Origin: Balanoglossus misakiensis
Taxonomy: Eukaryota; Animalia; Hemichordata
Direction: 5' to 3'
Assembly: GCA_040954595.2 (NCBI GenBank)
Contig: CM082597.2
Location: forward strand, 9,393,778-9,457,777
DNA length: 64,000 bases
In this document: one piece after another, positions 62,608 to 64,000 of the stretch
How the letters are laid out: each line of letters starts with the position of its first letter
Position numbering within the stretch: the first letter of the stretch is position 1
Made by a program: the position numbers and the translations under genes
Notes under the pieces: generated by a model
The model's input: the letters and a program-made list of their open reading frames with translations, nothing else
What the model was told of the DNA's origin: nothing
Databases searched by the model: none

Positions 62608-64000
62608 AAGGGCTTTTAGAATTAGACACAGAAATGTCAGTGTGTTGAAAGGCTTATCACTACTGGAATTATTTTCAAACAAAAAAAACACTTTGTAGCT
62701 GAACTCATACTGTGATATGGTAAATTATTACTGTAGAATTAATCCCAAACAAAAACCACTGAATACGATATTTAGAAGTAGACACCACAATTTTAGTGTT
62801 TTAAAAGGCTTATAACTATTCATATTTCATTAATTATACTGTCATCAAACTAAAAAACCTATGTATGTGAACTTATACCAGTACTAAGTTATGGTAAATT
62901 ATTACTATAATTAAATACCAAACCAAAACCACTGAATAGGCTATTGCACTGTGTATGTCTTAACAATTATATAACCCACTCAAATCTGGTTGCAAAATGG
63001 TGAGGACTGATATATGTGTACTGGAATCTTGACAGACACATGCATATAACACTTTAATGTGTCAAACTTTGCTAATGCATTTTTTTGTCAGTAAGAATGT
63101 CAATGATTCTCATTGAAGGAAATTTAGGAAAGTGAAAACATTTCAATTTTTATCAACTCTGGAACAATAGCTGAGAAAACTGGCAGATTGTTGAGCCCCC
63201 AAAAGTTCGGAGTCACGTACAACTGCAGTGATGAGCCCATGCATAGGGGCAAGTACCGGAGTTCCCCTGAGCACTGTTATTTTGTTGTTCTTTTCTTCAC
63301 AATTTGCAACTTTGCCAATAGCAGTTCTAATGGAAATTAGGTAATGTAACTTTGACAGTGGTGCATGCAATAATCCTGAATCTAGGTCAAGGTCAATATA
63401 TTAGTTGCACACATTACAAGTGCAATCATTGTGTATTAATTACATTTGGGAGATTTCTACAAAATGCTCCAATGTCCCAATTACTGCTAAATCATTTATG
63501 CCATATAAGAACACAGAGAAATTGCCAACTCTCCCCCAATAAGAACAGTTTCTCCCAATCAAGAGAATGTCTCATCCGTGTTTTGCTGCTAAGTTTGCTG
63601 GCCCGGGGTCCAGGAAAGGGATTCCTCTGTTATAGCCCCAGTTAGCGACAGTTCAGTAGCTGTGATCAGCAGCTACGCCCCAGTATCATGTATGCACGTC
63701 GAATACCGAGCAATACCTGAACCCCTTCCCGGCCCTATGAACAGTTGGCCAACAACCCAATCTTGAAACATTAGTGGATGACTGTCTTTTAGATAGGAAG
63801 GGCTAGCACCATGGACAACCATCGAAACTGCACTGAAGTCAGGCATCGTGTTGACTGAAAACAATAATAAAACATTCACTTAAACATTGTGTGTCAATGA
63901 CAGTTATAATCTTACCTGTTCAGGGGTCCCAACTGAAATATATGAAGCAATGCCCAGAAGAACCACTCTTTGCAGCTGCTAGTTTTGGTTGCCCCGCCCT

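Noticed and set aside
50000-64000. Search for the first XKR exon
   Set aside because: I found no ORF with the XK N-terminal TM signature; it probably lies beyond the window.

Overview
Intron-rich, repeat-dense animal genomic DNA, probably a marine invertebrate (inferred from the repeat families). There are two convergent host genes. On the + strand is the 3' part (13 exons, 3745-15859) of a HYR/Sushi/ephrin-receptor-like-Cys-repeat/EGF single-pass membrane protein of the SVEP1/uninflatable-like class, carrying a frameshift and a premature TAG. On the - strand are the last two exons of an XK-related (XKR4/6-like) scramblase, separated by a 27.6-kb intron. The rest is mostly mobile DNA: a Tx1-clade LINE abutting an (ATC)n microsatellite, an intact-looking three-exon Sola2 transposon, an RTE-X-like LINE fragment, a 17.8-kb Academ element holding a Harbinger MITE, a Merlin-like MITE, palindromic elements and a very young BEL/Pao LTR element, a Troyka-like LTR element (CG..CG ends, 3-bp TSD) with Gag-protease but a collapsed pol, and many TTAA MITEs. 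The most interesting signal is in the BEL/Pao element: it has no tRNA primer-binding site, and the 9 nt after its 5' LTR are the exact reverse complement of the 9 nt starting at an Initiator-like TCAGTT inside the LTR. This is the architecture of Tf1-type self-primed reverse transcription. All family names come from motif recognition, not database searches.
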